Assembly: GCA_964016885.1 (NCBI GenBank)
Contig: OZ024741.1
Location: 9,238,001 to 9,302,000 of the forward strand
DNA from: Eledone cirrhosa
Lineage: Eukaryota
Direction of reading: 5' to 3'
DNA length: 64,000 bases
Below the pieces are notes generated by a model. That model was not told where the DNA came from and made no database searches. It saw only the letters and a program-made list of their open reading frames with translations. The position numbers were made by a program, and so were the translations under genes. Below, one piece after another: positions 1 through 13,074 of this stretch (position 1 is its first letter; the number at the start of each line of letters is the position of its first letter).

Positions 1-3000
1 GTTGTTACTGTTGTTGTTACTGGTCTAGTTGTTACTGTTGTTGTTACTGTTGTTGTTACAGTTGTTGTTACTGTTGTTGTTACTGTTGTTGTTACAGTTG
101 TTGTTACTGTTGTTGTTACTGTTGTTGTTACTGTTGTTGTTACTGTTGTTGTTACTGTTGTTGTTACAGTTGTTGTTACTGTTGTTGTTACTGTTGTTGT
201 TACTGGTCTAGTTGTTACTGTTGTTGTTACAGTTGTTGTTACTGTTGTTGTTACAGTTGTTGTTACTGTTGTTGTTACTGTTGTTGTTACTGTTGTTGTT
301 ACTGTTGTGGTTACTGTTGTTGTTACTGTTGTTGTTACAGTTGTTGTTACTGGTCTAGTTGTTACTGGTCTAGTTGTTACTAGTCTAGTTGTTACTGTTG
401 TTGTTACTGTTGTTGTTACAGTCGTTGTTACTGTTGTTGTTACAGTTGTTGTTACTGTTGTTGTTACTGTTGTTGTTACTGTTGTTGTTGTTACTGTTCT
501 AGTTGTTACTGTTGTTGTTACTGTTGTTGTTGTTACTGGTCTAGTTGTTACTGTTGTTGTTACAGTTGTTGTACTGGTCTAGTTGTTACTGTTGTTGTTA
601 CTGTTGTTGTTGTTGTTGTTACAGTTGTGGTTACTGTTGTTGTTACTGTTGTTGTTACTGTTGTTGTTACTGTTGTTGTTACTGGTCTAGTTGTTACTGT
701 TGTTGTTACTGTTGTTGTTACTGTTGTTGTTACTGTTGTTGTTACTGTTGTTGTTACTGTTGTTGTTACTGGTCTAGTTGTTACTGTTGTTGTTACAGTT
801 GTTGTTACTGTTGTTGTTACTGTTGTTGTTACTGGTCTAGTTGTTACTGTTGTTGTTACTGGTCTAGTTGTTACTGTTGTTGTTACAGTTGTTGTTACTG
901 TTGTTGTTACTGTTGTTGTTACTGTTGTTGTTACTGTTGTTGTTACTGGTCTAGTTGTTACTGTTGTTGTTACTGTTGTTGTTACTGTTGTTGTTACTGT
1001 TGTTGTTACTGGTCTAGTTGTTACTGTTGTTGTTACAGTTGTTGTTACTGTTGTTGTTACTGTTGTTGTTACTGTTGTTGTTACTGTTGTTGTTACTGGT
1101 CTAGTTGTTACTGTTGTTGTTACTGTTGTTGTTACTGTTGTTGTTACTGTTGTTGTACTGTTGTTGTTACTGTTGTTGTTACTGGTCTAGTTGTTACTGG
1201 TCTAGTTTTTACTGTTGTTGTTACTGGTCTAGTTGTTACGGGTCTAGTTGTTACTGTTGTTGTTACTGTTGTTGTTACAGTCGTTGTTACTGTTGTTGTT
1301 ACAGTTGTTGTTACTGTTGTTGTTACTGTTGTTGTTACTGTTGTTGTTGTTACTGGTCTAGTTGTTACTGTTGTTGTTACTGTTGTTGTTGTTACTGGTC
1401 TAGTTGTTACTGTCGTTGTTACAGTTGTTGTTACTGGTCTAGTTGTTACTGTTGTTGTTACTGTTGTTGTTGTTGTTGTTGCAGTTGTTACTGTTGTTGT
1501 TACTGTTGTTGTTACTGGTCTAGTTGTTACTGTTGTTGTTACTGGTCTAGTTGTTACTGTTGTTGTTACTGTTGTTGTTACTGTTGTTGTTACTGTTGTT
1601 GTTACTGTTGTTATTACTTTTGTTGTTACTGGTCTAGTTGTTACTGTTGTTGTCACTGTTGTTGTTATTGTTGTTGTTACTGTTGTTATTACTGGTCTAG
1701 TTGTTACTGTTGTTGTTACAGTTGTTGTTACTGTTGTTGTTACAGTTGTTGTTACTGTTGTTGTTACTGTTGTTGTTACCGTTGTTGTTACTGTTGTTGT
1801 TACTGGTCTAGTTGTTACTGTTGTTGTTACTGTTGTTGTTACTTTTGTTGTTACAGTTGTTGTTACTGTTGTTGTTACTGTTGTTGTTACTGTTGTTGTT
1901 ACTGTTGTTGTTACTGTTGTTTTTACTGGTCTAGTTGTTACTGTTGTTGTTACAGTTGTTGTTACTGTTGTTGTTACTTTTGTTGTTACTGTTGTTGTTA
2001 CTGTTGTTGTTACTGTTGTTGTTACTGTTGCTGTTACTGTTGTTGTTACTGGTCTAGTTGTTACTGTTGTTGTTACTGTTGTTGTTACTGTTGTTGTTAC
2101 TGTTGTTGTTACTGTTGTTGTTAATGTTGTTGTTACTGTTGTTGTTACTGGTCTAGTTGTTACTGTTGTTGTTACTGTTGTTGTTACTGTTGTTGTTACA
2201 GTTGTTGTTACTGGTCTAGTTGTTACTGTTGTTGTTACAGTTGTTGTTACTGTTGTTGTTACTGTTGTTGTTACAGTTGTTGTTAATGTTGTTGATACTG
2301 TTGTTGTTACTGGTCTAGTTGTTACTGTTGTTGTTACTGTTGTTGTTACTGTTGTTGTTACAGTTGTTGTTACTGGTCTAGTTGTTACTGTTGTTGTTAC
2401 TGTTGTTGTTACTGGTCTAGTTGTTACTGTTGTTGTTACTGTTGTTGTTACTGTTGTTGTTACTGGTCTAGTTGTTACTGTTGTTGTTACTGTTGTTGTT
2501 ACTGGTCTAGTTGTTACTATTGTTGTTACTGTTGTTGTTGCTGTTGTTGTTACTGTTGTTACTGTTGTTGTTACTGTTGTTGTTACTGTTGTTGTTACAG
2601 TTGTTGTTACTGTTGTTGTTACAGTTGTTGTTACTGTTGTTGTTACAGTTGTTGTTACTGTTGTTGTTACTGTTGTTGTTACTGTCGTTGTTACTGATGT
2701 TGTTACGGTTGTTGTTTACTGTTGTTTTACTGTTTTTGTTACTGTTTTGTTACTGTTGTTGTTACTGTTTTTGTATACTGTTTGTTTGTTACTGTTTTTT
2801 TTTTTTTTGTTTTTTTGTTTTTAGTTGTTGTTGTTACAGTTGTTGTTAGGTTGTTGTTACTGTTGTTGTTACTGTTGTTGTTACTGTCGTTGTTACTGAT
2901 GTTGTTACGGTTGTTGTTACTGTTGTTGTTACTGTTGTTGTTACTGTTGTTGTTACTGGTCTAGTTGTTACTGTTGTTGTTACTGTTGTTGTTACTGTTG

Positions 3001-4500
3001 TTGTTACAGTTGTTGTTACTGGTCTAGTTGTTACTGTTGTTGTTACTGTTGTTGTTACTGGTCTAGTTGTTACTGTTGTTGTTACTGTTGTTGTTACTGT
3101 TGTTGTTACTGTTGTTGTTACTGTTGTTGTTACTGTTGTTGTTACAATTGTTGTTGCTGTTGTTGTTACTGTTGTTGTTACTGTTGTTGTTACTGGTCTA
3201 GTTGTTACTGTTGTTGTTACAGTTGTTGTTACTGTTGTTGTTACTGTTGTTGTTACTGTTTTTGTTACTGTTGTTGTTTCAGTTGTTGTTACTGTTGTTG
3301 TTACTGTTGTTGTTACTGTTGTTGTTACTGGTCTAGTTGTTACTGTTGTTGTTACTGTTGTTGTTATTGTTGTTGTTACAGTTGTTGTTACTGTTGTTGT
3401 TACTGTTGTTGTTACTGGTCTAGTTGTTACTGTTGTTGTTACAGTTGTTGTTACTGTTGTTGTTACTGTTGTTGTTACTGGTCTAGTTGTTACTGTTGTT
3501 GTTACAGTTGTTGTTACTGTTGTTGTTACAGTTGTTGTTACTGTTGTTGTTACAGTTGTTGTTACTGTTGTTGTTACTGTTGTTGTTACTGGTCTAGTTG
3601 TTACTGTTTTTGTTACTGTTGTTGTTACTGTTGTTGTTACTGTTGTTGTTAATGGTCTAGTTGTTACTGTTGTTGTTACAGTTGTTGTTACTGTTGTTGT
3701 TACTGTTGTTGTTACTGGTCTAGTTGTTACTGTTGTTGTTACAGTTGTTGTTACTGTTGTTGTTACTGTTGTTGTTACTGGTCTAGTTGTTACTGTTGTT
3801 GTTACAGTTGTTGCTACTGTTGTTGTTACAGTTGTTGTTACTGTTGTTGTTACAGTTGTTGTTACTGTTGTTGTTACTGTTGTTGTTACTGTTGTTCTTA
3901 CTGTTGTTGTTACTGTTGTAGTTACTGGTCTAGTTGTTACTGTTGTTGTTACAGTTGTTGTTACTGTTGTTGTTACTGTTGTTGTTACTGTTGTTGTTAC
4001 TGTTGTTGTTACTGTTGTTGTTACTGTTGTTGTTACTGTTGTTGTTACTGGTCTAGTTGTTACTGGTCTAGTTGTTACTGTTGTTGTTACAGTTGTTGTT
4101 ACTGTTGTTGTTACTGTTGTTGTTACTGTTGTTGTTACTGTTGTTGTTACTGTTGTTGTTACAGTTGTTGTTACTGTTGTTGTTACAGTTGTTGTTACTG
4201 TTGTTGTTACTGTTGTTGTTACTGTTGTTGTTACAATTGTCGTTACTGTTGTTGTTACTGTTGTTGTTACAGTTGTTGTTACTGTTGTTGTTACTGTTGT
4301 TGTTACTGTTGTTGTTACTGTTGTTGTTACAGTTGTTGTTACTGTTGTTGTTACTGTTATTGTTGTTACTGGTCTAGTTGTTACTGTTGTTGTTACAGTT
4401 GTTGTTACTGTTGTTGTTACTGTTGTTGTTACTGTTGTTGTTACTGTTGTTGTTGTTATTGGTCTAGTTGTTACTGTTGTTGTTACTGTTGTTGTTGTTG
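1..4500. repeat. Minisatellite of 12-bp (GTTGTTGTTACT) units interspersed with 15-bp (GTTGTTACTGGTCTA) units; open at window edge
   Basis: Directly visible tandem units; minus strand reads VTTT/VTTRP; frame-breaking indels near 570, 1155 and 2715-2850. Confidence 0.95.
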
Positions 4501-4821
4501 CTGGTGTTGTTATAGGTGTCCATGTTACTTTTATTGTTAATACTGTTGTTGTTGTTGTTGTTGTTGTTGTTGTGGTTGTTGTTGTCGTGGTTGTTGGTGT
4601 GGTTGTTGTGGTTGTCGTGGTTGTTGGTGTGGTTGTTGTGGTGCTTGTTGTTGTTGTGGTTGTTGTGGTTGTTGTTGTGGTTGTTGTGGTTGTTGTTGTG
4701 GTTGTTGTGGTGGTTGTTGTTGTCGTGGTTGTTGTTGTTGTTGTGGTTGTTGTTGTGGTTGTTGTTGTTGTTGTTGTTGTTGGTGTGGTTGTTGTTGTGG
4801 TTGTTGTGGTTGTTGTTGTGG

Positions 4822-4855
<34 letters not shown>

Positions 4856-5867
4856 GGTTGTTGTTGTGGTTGTTGTTGTGGTTGTTGTTGCTGTGGTTGT
4901 TGTTGTGGTTACTGTTGTGGTTGTTGGTGTGGTTGTTGTTGTGGTTGTTTTTGTGGTTATTGTTGTGGTTGTCGGTGTGGTTGTTGTTATTGTGGTTGTT
5001 GGTGTTGTTGTTGTTGTCGTGGTTGTTGATGTTGTGGTTGTTGGTGTTGTTGTTGTTGTTGTCGTGGTTGTTGTTGTTGTGGTTGTTGTTGTTGTGGTTG
5101 TTGTTGTTGTGGTTGTAGTTGTTGTTGTTGTGGTTGTTGTTGTCGTGGTTGTTGTTGTTGTGGTTGTAGTTGTTGTTGTGGTTGTTGTCGTGGTTGTTGT
5201 TGTTGTGGTTGTTGTTGTTGTGGTTGTCGGTGTGGTTGTTGTCGTGGTTGTTGTTGTGTTTGTTGTGGTGGTTGTTGTTGTTGTGGTTGTTGTTGTTGTG
5301 GTTTTTGGTGTGGTTGTTGTTGTTGTTGTTGTCGTCGTCCTTGTTGTTGCGGTTGTTGTTGTTGTGGTTGTTGGTGTGGTTGTTGTGGTTGTTGGTGTGG
5401 TTGTTGTAGTGGTTGTTGTTGTGGTTGTTGTTGTTGTGGTTGTTGGTGTGGTTGTTGTTGTGGTTGTTGGTGTGGTTGTTGTTGTTGTCGTTGTTGTGGT
5501 TGTTGATGTGGTTGTTGTTGTGGCTGTTGTTGTGGTTGTTGTTGTTGTTGTTGTGGTTGTTGTTGTGGTTATTGTTGTGGTTGTTGGTGTGGTTGTTGTT
5601 GTAGTTGTTGTTGTGGTCGTTGTTGTGGTTGTTGATGTGGTTGTTGTTTTAGTTGTTGTTGTGGTTGTTGATGTGGTTGTTGTTGTGGTTGTTGTGGTTG
5701 TTGGTATGGTTATTTTTGTGGTTGTTGGTGTGGTTGTTGTTGTGGTTATTGTTGTTGTTGTGGTTATTGTTGTGGTTGTTGGTGTGGTTGTTGTTGTGGT
5801 TGTTGGTGTGGTTATTGTTGTGGTTGTTGTTGTTGTGGTTGTTGGTGTGGTTGTTGTGGTTGTTGTT

Positions 5868-5905
<38 letters not shown>

Positions 5906-7812
5906 GGTTGTTGTTGTGGTTGTTGTTGTGGTTATTGTTGTGGTTGTTGGTGTGGTTATTGTTGTGGTTGTAGGTGTGCTTATTGTCGTGGTTGTTGGTG
6001 TGGTTGTTGTTGTGGTTGTGTTTGTGGTTATTGTTGTGGTTGTCGGTGTGGTTGTTGTTGTGGTTGTTGGTGTGGTTATTGTTGTGGTTGTTGTTGTTGT
6101 GGTTGTTGGTGTGGTTGTTGTTGTGGTTGTTGTTGTTGTGGTTGTTGTTGTGGTTGTGGTTGTTGGTGTGGTTGTTTTTGTGGTTATTGGTGTGGTTGTT
6201 GGTGTGGTTATTGTTGTGGTTGTTGGTGTGGTTGTTGTTGTGGTTGTTGTTGTTGTTTCTGTTGGTGTGGTTGTTGTTGTGGTTATTTGTGTGGTTGTTG
6301 GTGTGGTTGGTGTTGTTGTTGTTGTTGTGGTTGTTGTTGTGGTTATTGTTGTGGTTATTGGTGTGGTTATTGTTGTGGTTGTTGGTGTGGTTGTTGTTGT
6401 GGTTGTTGTTGTTGTGGTTGTTGGTGTGGTTGTTGTTGTGGTTGTTTTTGTGGTTGTTGTTGTTGTGGTTGTTGGTGTGGTTGCTGTTGTTGTTGTGGTT
6501 GTCGTGGTTGTGGTTGTTGGTGTGGTTGTTGTTGTGGTTATTGTTGTGGTTGTTGGTGTGGTTGTTGTTGTGTTTGTTGTTGTGGTTGTTGTTGTTGTTG
6601 TTGTTGTTGTTGTGGTTGTTGTTGTGGTTATTGTTGTGGTTGTTGGTGTGGTTATTGTTGTGGTTGTAGGTGTGGTTATTGTCGTGGTTGTTGGTGTGGT
6701 TGTTGTTGTGGTTGTTTTTGTGGTTATTGTTGTGGTTGTCGGTGTGGTTGTTGTCGTGGTTGTTGTTTTTGTGGTTGTTGGTGTGGTTGTTGTTGTGGTT
6801 GTTGTGGTTGTGGTTGTTGGTGTGGTTGTTGTGGTTGTTGGTGTGGTTGTTGTTGTGGTTGTTGTTGTGGTTGTTGTTGTTGTTGTTGTTGTTGTGGTTG
6901 TTGTTGTGGTTGTTGTTGTGGTTGTTTTTGTGGTTGTTGTTGTAGTTGTTGTTGTGGTTGTTGATGTGGTTGTTGTGGTTGTTTTTGTGGTTGTTGTTGT
7001 GGTTGTTGGTGTGGTTATTGTTGTGGTTGTCGGTGTGGTTGTTTTTGTGGTTGTTGTTGTGGTTGTTGGTATGGTTATAGTTGTGGTTGTTGGTGTGGTT
7101 GTTGTTGTGGTTATTGTTGTTGTTGTTGTGGTGGTTATTGTTGTGGTTGTTGGTGTGGTTGTTGTTGTGTTTGTTGTTGTGGTTGTTGTTGTTGTTGTTG
7201 TTGTGGTTGTTGTTGTGGTTATTTTTGTGGTTGTTGGTGTGGTTATTGTTGTGGTTGTAGGTGTGGTTGTTGTTGTGGTTGTTTTTGTGGTTATTGTTGT
7301 GGCTGTTTTTGTGGTTATTGTTGTGGTTGTCGGTGTGGTTGTTGTTGTTGTTATTGTTGTGGTTGTTGTTGTGGTTGTTGGTGTGGTTGTTGTTGTGGTT
7401 GTTGTTGTGGTTGTTGGTGTGGTTGTTGTTGTTGTTGTGGTTGTTGGTGTGGTTGTTGTTGTGGTTATTTGTGTGGTTGTTGGTGTGGTTGGTATTGTTG
7501 TTGTTGTTGTGGTTGTTGTTGTGGTTATTGTTGTGGTTGTTGGTGTGGTTACTGTTGTGGTTGTTGGTGTGGTTGTTGTTGTGGTTGTTGTTGTTGTGGT
7601 TGTTGGTGTGGTTGTTGTTGTGGTTGTTTTTGTGGTTGTTGTTGTTGTGGTTGTTGGTGTGGTTGCTGTGGTTGTGGTTGTTGGTGTGGTTGTTGTTGTG
7701 GTTATTGTTGTGGTTGTTGGTGTGGTTGTTATTGTGGTTGTTGTTGTTGTGGTTGTTGGTGTGGTTGTTGTTGTGGTTGTTGTGGTTGTTGTTGTGGTTG
7801 TTGTTGTTGTTG
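2846..7812 (-). CDS. Possible mucin-like Thr/Pro-rich (PTS) exon; may be non-coding satellite
   Basis: About 5 kb stop-free Thr frame spanning two different arrays and a non-repetitive in-frame linker (VLTIKVTWTPITTPA, ~4500-4545); no signal peptide or globular domain seen. Confidence 0.2.
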
Positions 7813-8248
7813 TTGTGTTGTTGGTGTTGTTTGTGTTGTGGTTGTTGTTGTGTTTGTTGGTGTCGTTGTTGTTGTGGTTGTTTTGGTTGTTGTTGTGGTT
7901 GCTGTTGTGGTTGTTGTTTTGGTTGTTGTTGTTGTTGTGGTTGTTGGTGTGGTTGTTGTTGTGGTTGTTGTGGTTGTGGTTGTGGTTGTGGTTGCTGTTG
8001 TGGTTGTTCTTGTTATGGTTGTTGTTGTAGTTGTTGTTGTGGTTGTTGGTGTGGTTGTTGTTGTGGTTGTTGTTGTGGTTGTTGTTGTGGTTTTTGTTGT
8101 GGTTGTTGTTGTTGTTGTGGTTGTTGTTGTGGTTGTAGTTGTGGATGTTGTTGTTATTGTTGTTTTGGTTGTTGTTGTGGCTCTTGGTGTGGTTGTTGTT
8201 GTGGTTGTTGTTGTGGTTGTTGTTGTGATTGTTGTTGTGGTTTTTGTT
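4544..8248. repeat. Degenerate (GTT)n/GTG/GGT triplet array with internal block duplications
   Basis: Triplet array; diagnostic GTGGTTATTTGTGTGGTTGTTGGTGTGGTTGG recurs near 6278 and 7461. Confidence 0.95.
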
Positions 8249-8282
8249 ATACTTAATATTAATTTGGTTCATTATTTATTTA

Positions 8283-8384
8283 CCCGAGGTTAACTTTGCC
8301 TTTCATCCTTACGGGGTCGATAAAATAAAGTACCAGTAATGTACTGTGTATTTGCTGGCCTTGTGCCTAATATGGAAACAATTA
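8283..8384 (+). mobile_element. 5'-truncated tRNA-derived SINE (Nin/Deu-like core)
   Basis: Core CTTTGCCTTTCATCCTTACGGGGTCGATAAAATAAAGTACCAG shared with many copies in the window. Confidence 0.85.
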
Positions 8385-8885
8385 TTTATTTACCCTATTT
8401 CTAATGAAATACACTACCTATAATTTTGAAAATAATCAAGTATTTACAAAGGTTCTTAGATAAATAACTTTAACCCTTTCGCTAGCATATTTCTAATGAT
8501 GGGCACTGATTACAATTTTGAGATAATCTGCCGTGTATATATGAGAATATTTATCTTTCTATATATACAATTTTTTCTATATGTACGTACGACGCTAATT
8601 AATGGAAAAAACTGCCAAATCCTTTTTAAATCTTTCTCTTATCACTAAATAAACAAACTATCCTAACTTTATAAAGAAAACACTTTAACAATCCCACTGT
8701 AACCAATTCTTAGCCATATAACTAATTTTCAGATGAAAACCAAAACACAGATAAACTTATAAGCTTGCATGTTTTTGAAAAAGTCCTTGATAAAATCTTC
8801 AGTATAATATATACTTGAATCCTACTGATTTGAACACTTCTCGCTATCTTAATATTGCCTTATGGTAGCAATTATTTGTTCTGAA

Positions 8886-9106
8886 AGGGCGGTGGATTGG
8901 CAGTATCGGCGGAGCATCGGAAAATATGCCGAGCCGAATAGAGTTAAGAACCTTTACCTTCTGAGTTCAAATCCCACCAAGGTTAAATTTGCCTTTCATC
9001 CTTACGGAGTCGATAAAATAAAGTATCAGTCATCCACTGGGGTCGATTTAATCGACTTTCCCCTCCCCCAAATTACTGGCCTTGTGCCTATATAAGAAAC
9101 CATTAT
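8886..9106 (+). mobile_element. tRNA-derived SINE (Nin/Deu-like core)
   Basis: A-box-like TGGCAGTATCGG, B-box GAGTTCAAATCCC, core, tail GGCCTTGTGCC..AGAAAC. Confidence 0.85.
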
Positions 9107-9221
9107 TTGTTTTGAATATTTCCTAAAGAGATACGGGAGGGATGAAACTCCCATAATGGAGATAATTAATAATTAATAATCTTCAGTTGCTCAGCAAATG
9201 GATGAATTTGGAGGGATTTAA

Positions 9222-9375
9222 TAATTGTTTCTACTTTTGGCACAAGGCCAGCAATTATCCCAGTGTATTATTGGTACTTTATTTTATCGACCCCGTAAGA
9301 TTGAAAGACAAAATTAACTTCGGCGTGATTTGAACTCAGATCAAAAAGGGCCGTAACTCTATGATGTAACGCATC
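9222..9375 (-). mobile_element. Same SINE family, reverse orientation
   Basis: Reverse complement of core (GGTACTTTATTTTATCGACCCCGTAAG) and B-box (GATTTGAACTC). Confidence 0.8.
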
Positions 9376-9430
9376 ATTTAGTTGGTTTGGAATACAATTT
9401 TACAAAGGTTCTTACAATCATGACGGAAGG

Positions 9431-9480
<50 letters not shown>

Positions 9481-9484
<4 letters not shown>

Positions 9485-9580
9485 TCATCATTATCCCTTA
9501 ACCCTTTTAGGGGTCGTTGGGACACTGCAGTGTTAAACTTTGCCCCAATTACCTCCATCTCTCTGGCTGCCATGGGCGAG
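9481..9580 (-). mobile_element. 3' tip of an RTE-like LINE with (GAT)n tail
   Basis: Minus strand CCCAACGACCCCTAAAAGGGTTAAGGGATAATGATGATGAT resembles the 3' end of the RTE fragment at 26.8 kb. Confidence 0.5.
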
Positions 9581-9596
9581 CAACATTTAAAAACAA

Positions 9597-10081
9597 CTAG
9601 CAGAAAAACCACAAATCGGGTGGTTTTCTGCTAGCATGTGTAGTGTGTATATTGATATTATACACAAGTATATATACATGTAGATATGATATATCAAATA
9701 ACATCGTAATTGACAATATCCACAGAAATTGAACGAAGACTGTGTTACATTGTCTTATGTAATCAGTAACGTAATCCATGATACATTAAAAATAGACGAT
9801 ATTATATATAAACTGTATTAAGAGAAAATTAGTGACGGGAATATATGAATGTTTATTTAAGCGATCACTAACCGGAAGTGTTGACATTTGAAAATTTTAA
9901 AGAAGTGAATCTTAAAAGAAACAACACAATTATTTATATTTAATCAAGAATAACGAAATTTAGTAGATAAATTATGTAATATTCATTCATTATTTATTCT
10001 AAGTAATCCAACTTATTTTACAAACGTGATAAAAAAATATATTCTGGATGCAGTCCCGCACTCCTTACTTTATAGTTTAGA
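9597..10081 (-). mobile_element. Non-autonomous Helitron-like element, copy 1
   Basis: Minus strand A|TC...CTAG|T with subterminal hairpin AAAACCAC-n7-GTGGTTTT; highly similar to 20818-21304. Confidence 0.75.
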
Positions 10082-10323
10082 TACATAAAGCGACAAAATC
10101 AAATGCAGGAAAATTTAGCCAATCTTTACAACCTATCATATCAAAAATAAATGTGATGCAGTCGTGCCAACATAAATGATTATAATAATAGTTGATCACT
10201 TTTATTGTTATCGCCTATTATTATAGTCATTTACGATGGGTCAGATACATTTCAAATTTCCAATGTTCCCAATGTTTCATAAGTCAACCGGATGTTTGGT
10301 GGTGGTGATGTTTAATGAATATT

Positions 10324-10369
<46 letters not shown>

Positions 10370-10541
10370 TTATGCATACTCATATATGTACATTCATACA
10401 CACCTCTATACTAATATATATACATGTATGTGAATATTGCTTCCCACACATATGCACGCAGGCCCATAGACACACATGCAGACACACACGCGCACACACA
10501 CAAACGCTCTCTCTATCTCTCCCTCTCCCTCACACGCGCAC

Positions 10542-10572
<31 letters not shown>

Positions 10573-10599
10573 TTGGAAACTCTGCTTCAAAAGATCGAG

Positions 10600-10692
10600 A
10601 CGTATCTGAGGATCTTGCGATTTCAGAGTCAGGTTCGATCATTGAATCGATCGTGCCTCGAGCTGGTCGCCAGAGAAACGATTGTAATATGT
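10600..10692 (+). ncRNA. Type I hammerhead ribozyme motif with long stem II
   Basis: Stem I ACGTAT/ATATGT, core CTGAGGA, GAAA, stem III CGATTG, cleavage triplet GTA; AATAAA follows. Confidence 0.75.
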
Positions 10693-10934
10693 CTAATAAA
10701 TGTTATTTGTCACAACACTGATTCTCCGTTTCTTATGTGATATTATACTCTGCTCTGTAAGAGCATCGAGTGCTCAAACGGCCTACCGCATACGAACGCT
10801 TTAAGCATCTCACACCAATTATATATATATATACATATATAGACATGCACACGCTCACCCTCAGACGGACACCCGCATACAAGCAACATCTGAGAAACGG
10901 CAACCATCAAAGATGTGAAACATATCTAAATATA

Positions 10935-11144
10935 AATAACAACAGCAACAACACCACCACCACTAACACCAACAACAACAACACCATCACCACCTCAAAA
11001 ACAACATCAACTCCACCAACACCAACACCAACACCAACAACAACATCAAAACAACAACAAAACAACAACAACAACAACACCACCACCACCAACAACAACA
11101 ACAACACCACATCCACCACCACCACCACCACCACCACCACCACC

Positions 11145-11176
<32 letters not shown>

Positions 11177-11198
11177 CAACATCAAAACAACAACAACA
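10935..11198. repeat. (CAA)n/(CAC)n microsatellite
   Basis: Directly visible. Confidence 0.9.
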
Positions 11199-11457
11199 AT
11201 ATTGTCTATAATAAAAGCCTCCTCCATATCACATCAGGTAAGAGCGGAAGTGAAATAACTGCGGTGTGACGGCTGATGGTGGTGAGCCTGATCGACGAGA
11301 ACCGGAAATGCCTCCATGATGAACGAATCACTTCGATGTTTTGAAAGAGAGTCTCGAGTCGTAGATTGTACAATTACAACGAAAATGGCCGCCTATCTAG
11401 TGTACCACCACCATTGACGGTGACATCATATATTGCAAGTGGAGCGAAAACATTAAT

Positions 11458-12310
11458 TGTTGTGGTTGTTGTTGGTGTTGTTGTTGTTGCTGCTGCTGCC
11501 GCTGCTTCTGTAGTTGTTATAATTGTTGATGCTGCAGTTGTTGTTCTTGTTGTAATCGCTGTTGTTGTTGTAATTGTTGTCATCGTGGTTGCTGCTGCAG
11601 TTGTTGTTGTTACTGTTGTCGCCATTGTTGCTGTTATGGTTGTTATTGTTGCTGTTGTTAACTTTGATCTAGCTGCTACTGTTTCGTAGTGTTATTAGTG
11701 TAGTTGTAGTTGTCGTTAGTGTAGTTATGGTTGTTGTTAGTGTAGTTGTAGTTGTTGTTAGTGTAGTTGTAGTTGTTGTTAGTGTAGTTGTAGCTGTCGT
11801 TAGTGTTGTTGTTGTTATTGTTAGTGTAGTTGTAGTTGTTGTTATTGTAGTTGTAGTTGTTGTTAGTGTAGTTGTTGTTATTGTTAGTGTAGTTGTAGCT
11901 GTCGTTAGTGTAATTGTTGTTATTGTTAGTGTAGTTGTTGTTATTGTTATTGTAGTTGTAGCTGTCGTTAGTGTAGTTGTAGTTGTTGTTATTGTAGTTG
12001 TAGTTGTTGTAGCTGTCGTTAGTGTAGTTGTAGTTGTTGTTATTGTAGTTGTAGTTGTTGTTATTGTAGTTGTAGCTGTCGTTAGTGTAGTTGTAGTTGT
12101 TGTTATTGTAGTTGTAGTTGTTGTTATTGTAGTTGTAGCTGTCGTTAGTGTAGTTGTAGTTGTTGTTATTGTAGTTGTAGTTGTTGTTATTGTAGTTGTA
12201 GTTGTTGTTAGTGTAGTTGTTGTTATTGTTATTGTAGTTGTAGCTGTCGTTAGTGTAGTTGTAGTTGTTGTTATTGTAGTTGTAGTTGTTGTTATTGTAG
12301 TTGTAGTTCA
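11458..12310. repeat. Degenerate (GTT/GTA/GCT) triplet array with higher-order units
   Basis: Recurring GTAGCTGTCGTTAGTGTAGTTGTAGTTGTTGTTATT blocks. Confidence 0.9.
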
Positions 12311-12564
12311 GACATATTTTAGTTGTTGCTGTTGTCGCATTTTTTCTATTTGTAGTTGTAGTTTCTGCTGTTGTAGTTTTTATCGTCATGTCCTGATCGA
12401 TGTCACAGTTATTCTAGTTATTGTTGTTGTCTTCCTGGTTAGATTGATCCGCTTTGATATCTAATTCATAGCGGATTAAACCACTTTAATGAGGGAATAA
12501 ACTGGATAAGTAATACAACGATAACAGCAACAACGGCGCCGACGATCAGGATAAAAATAACAAT

Positions 12565-12960
12565 GGTTTCTAATTTGGGCACAGGGTCAGCAATTTAAGA
12601 GGAAAGGTAAAGGTGATACAGTGCTTGATTAATACTTTCTTTTATCAAATCTGGAAGGACGAAAAGCAAGAAACATTGGTAGGATTTGAACCCGGAACGT
12701 AACTAAATGGATTTTGTCCGACGGCTTAAGGCTTCTCCCCAATAATTTAGGCACAAGGACAGCAATTTGGGAGTGAAGAAAACTGGTAAACCCCAGTACT
12801 TGATTGGTTCTTTCATATATCGACCTTGAAAGGTTGAAAAGCAAAGATTTGATCTGAGACACAAGTTAACAAATATTGAAGGGAGTGAAGGGAAAGGTCG
12901 ACTTTAGCAAACCCGGGACCCGACTTGCACCTTTTCTTATCGAAGATAGAAAGATGAGAG
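12565..12960 (-). mobile_element. Cluster of degenerate SINE copies (Nin/Deu-like family)
   Basis: Decayed reverse-complement tails (GGCACAAGG..AGCAATT) and B-box (GGATTTGAACCC). Confidence 0.55.
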
Positions 12961-13074
12961 GCAAAATTGAGGAAAGTCTCATTCTATCGTAGAGGTCATA
13001 TTAATCTCTTTAGCGTTCTAATTGTCAGAATATTTACTGACGAATAACGTTTTCTTCTATTGGTGCACGGATGA

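Noticed and set aside
11374-12464. Thr- or Asn/Tyr-rich ORFs as further mucin exons
   Set aside because: A continuous Thr frame needs several frameshifts and crosses stops near 11690 and 12390
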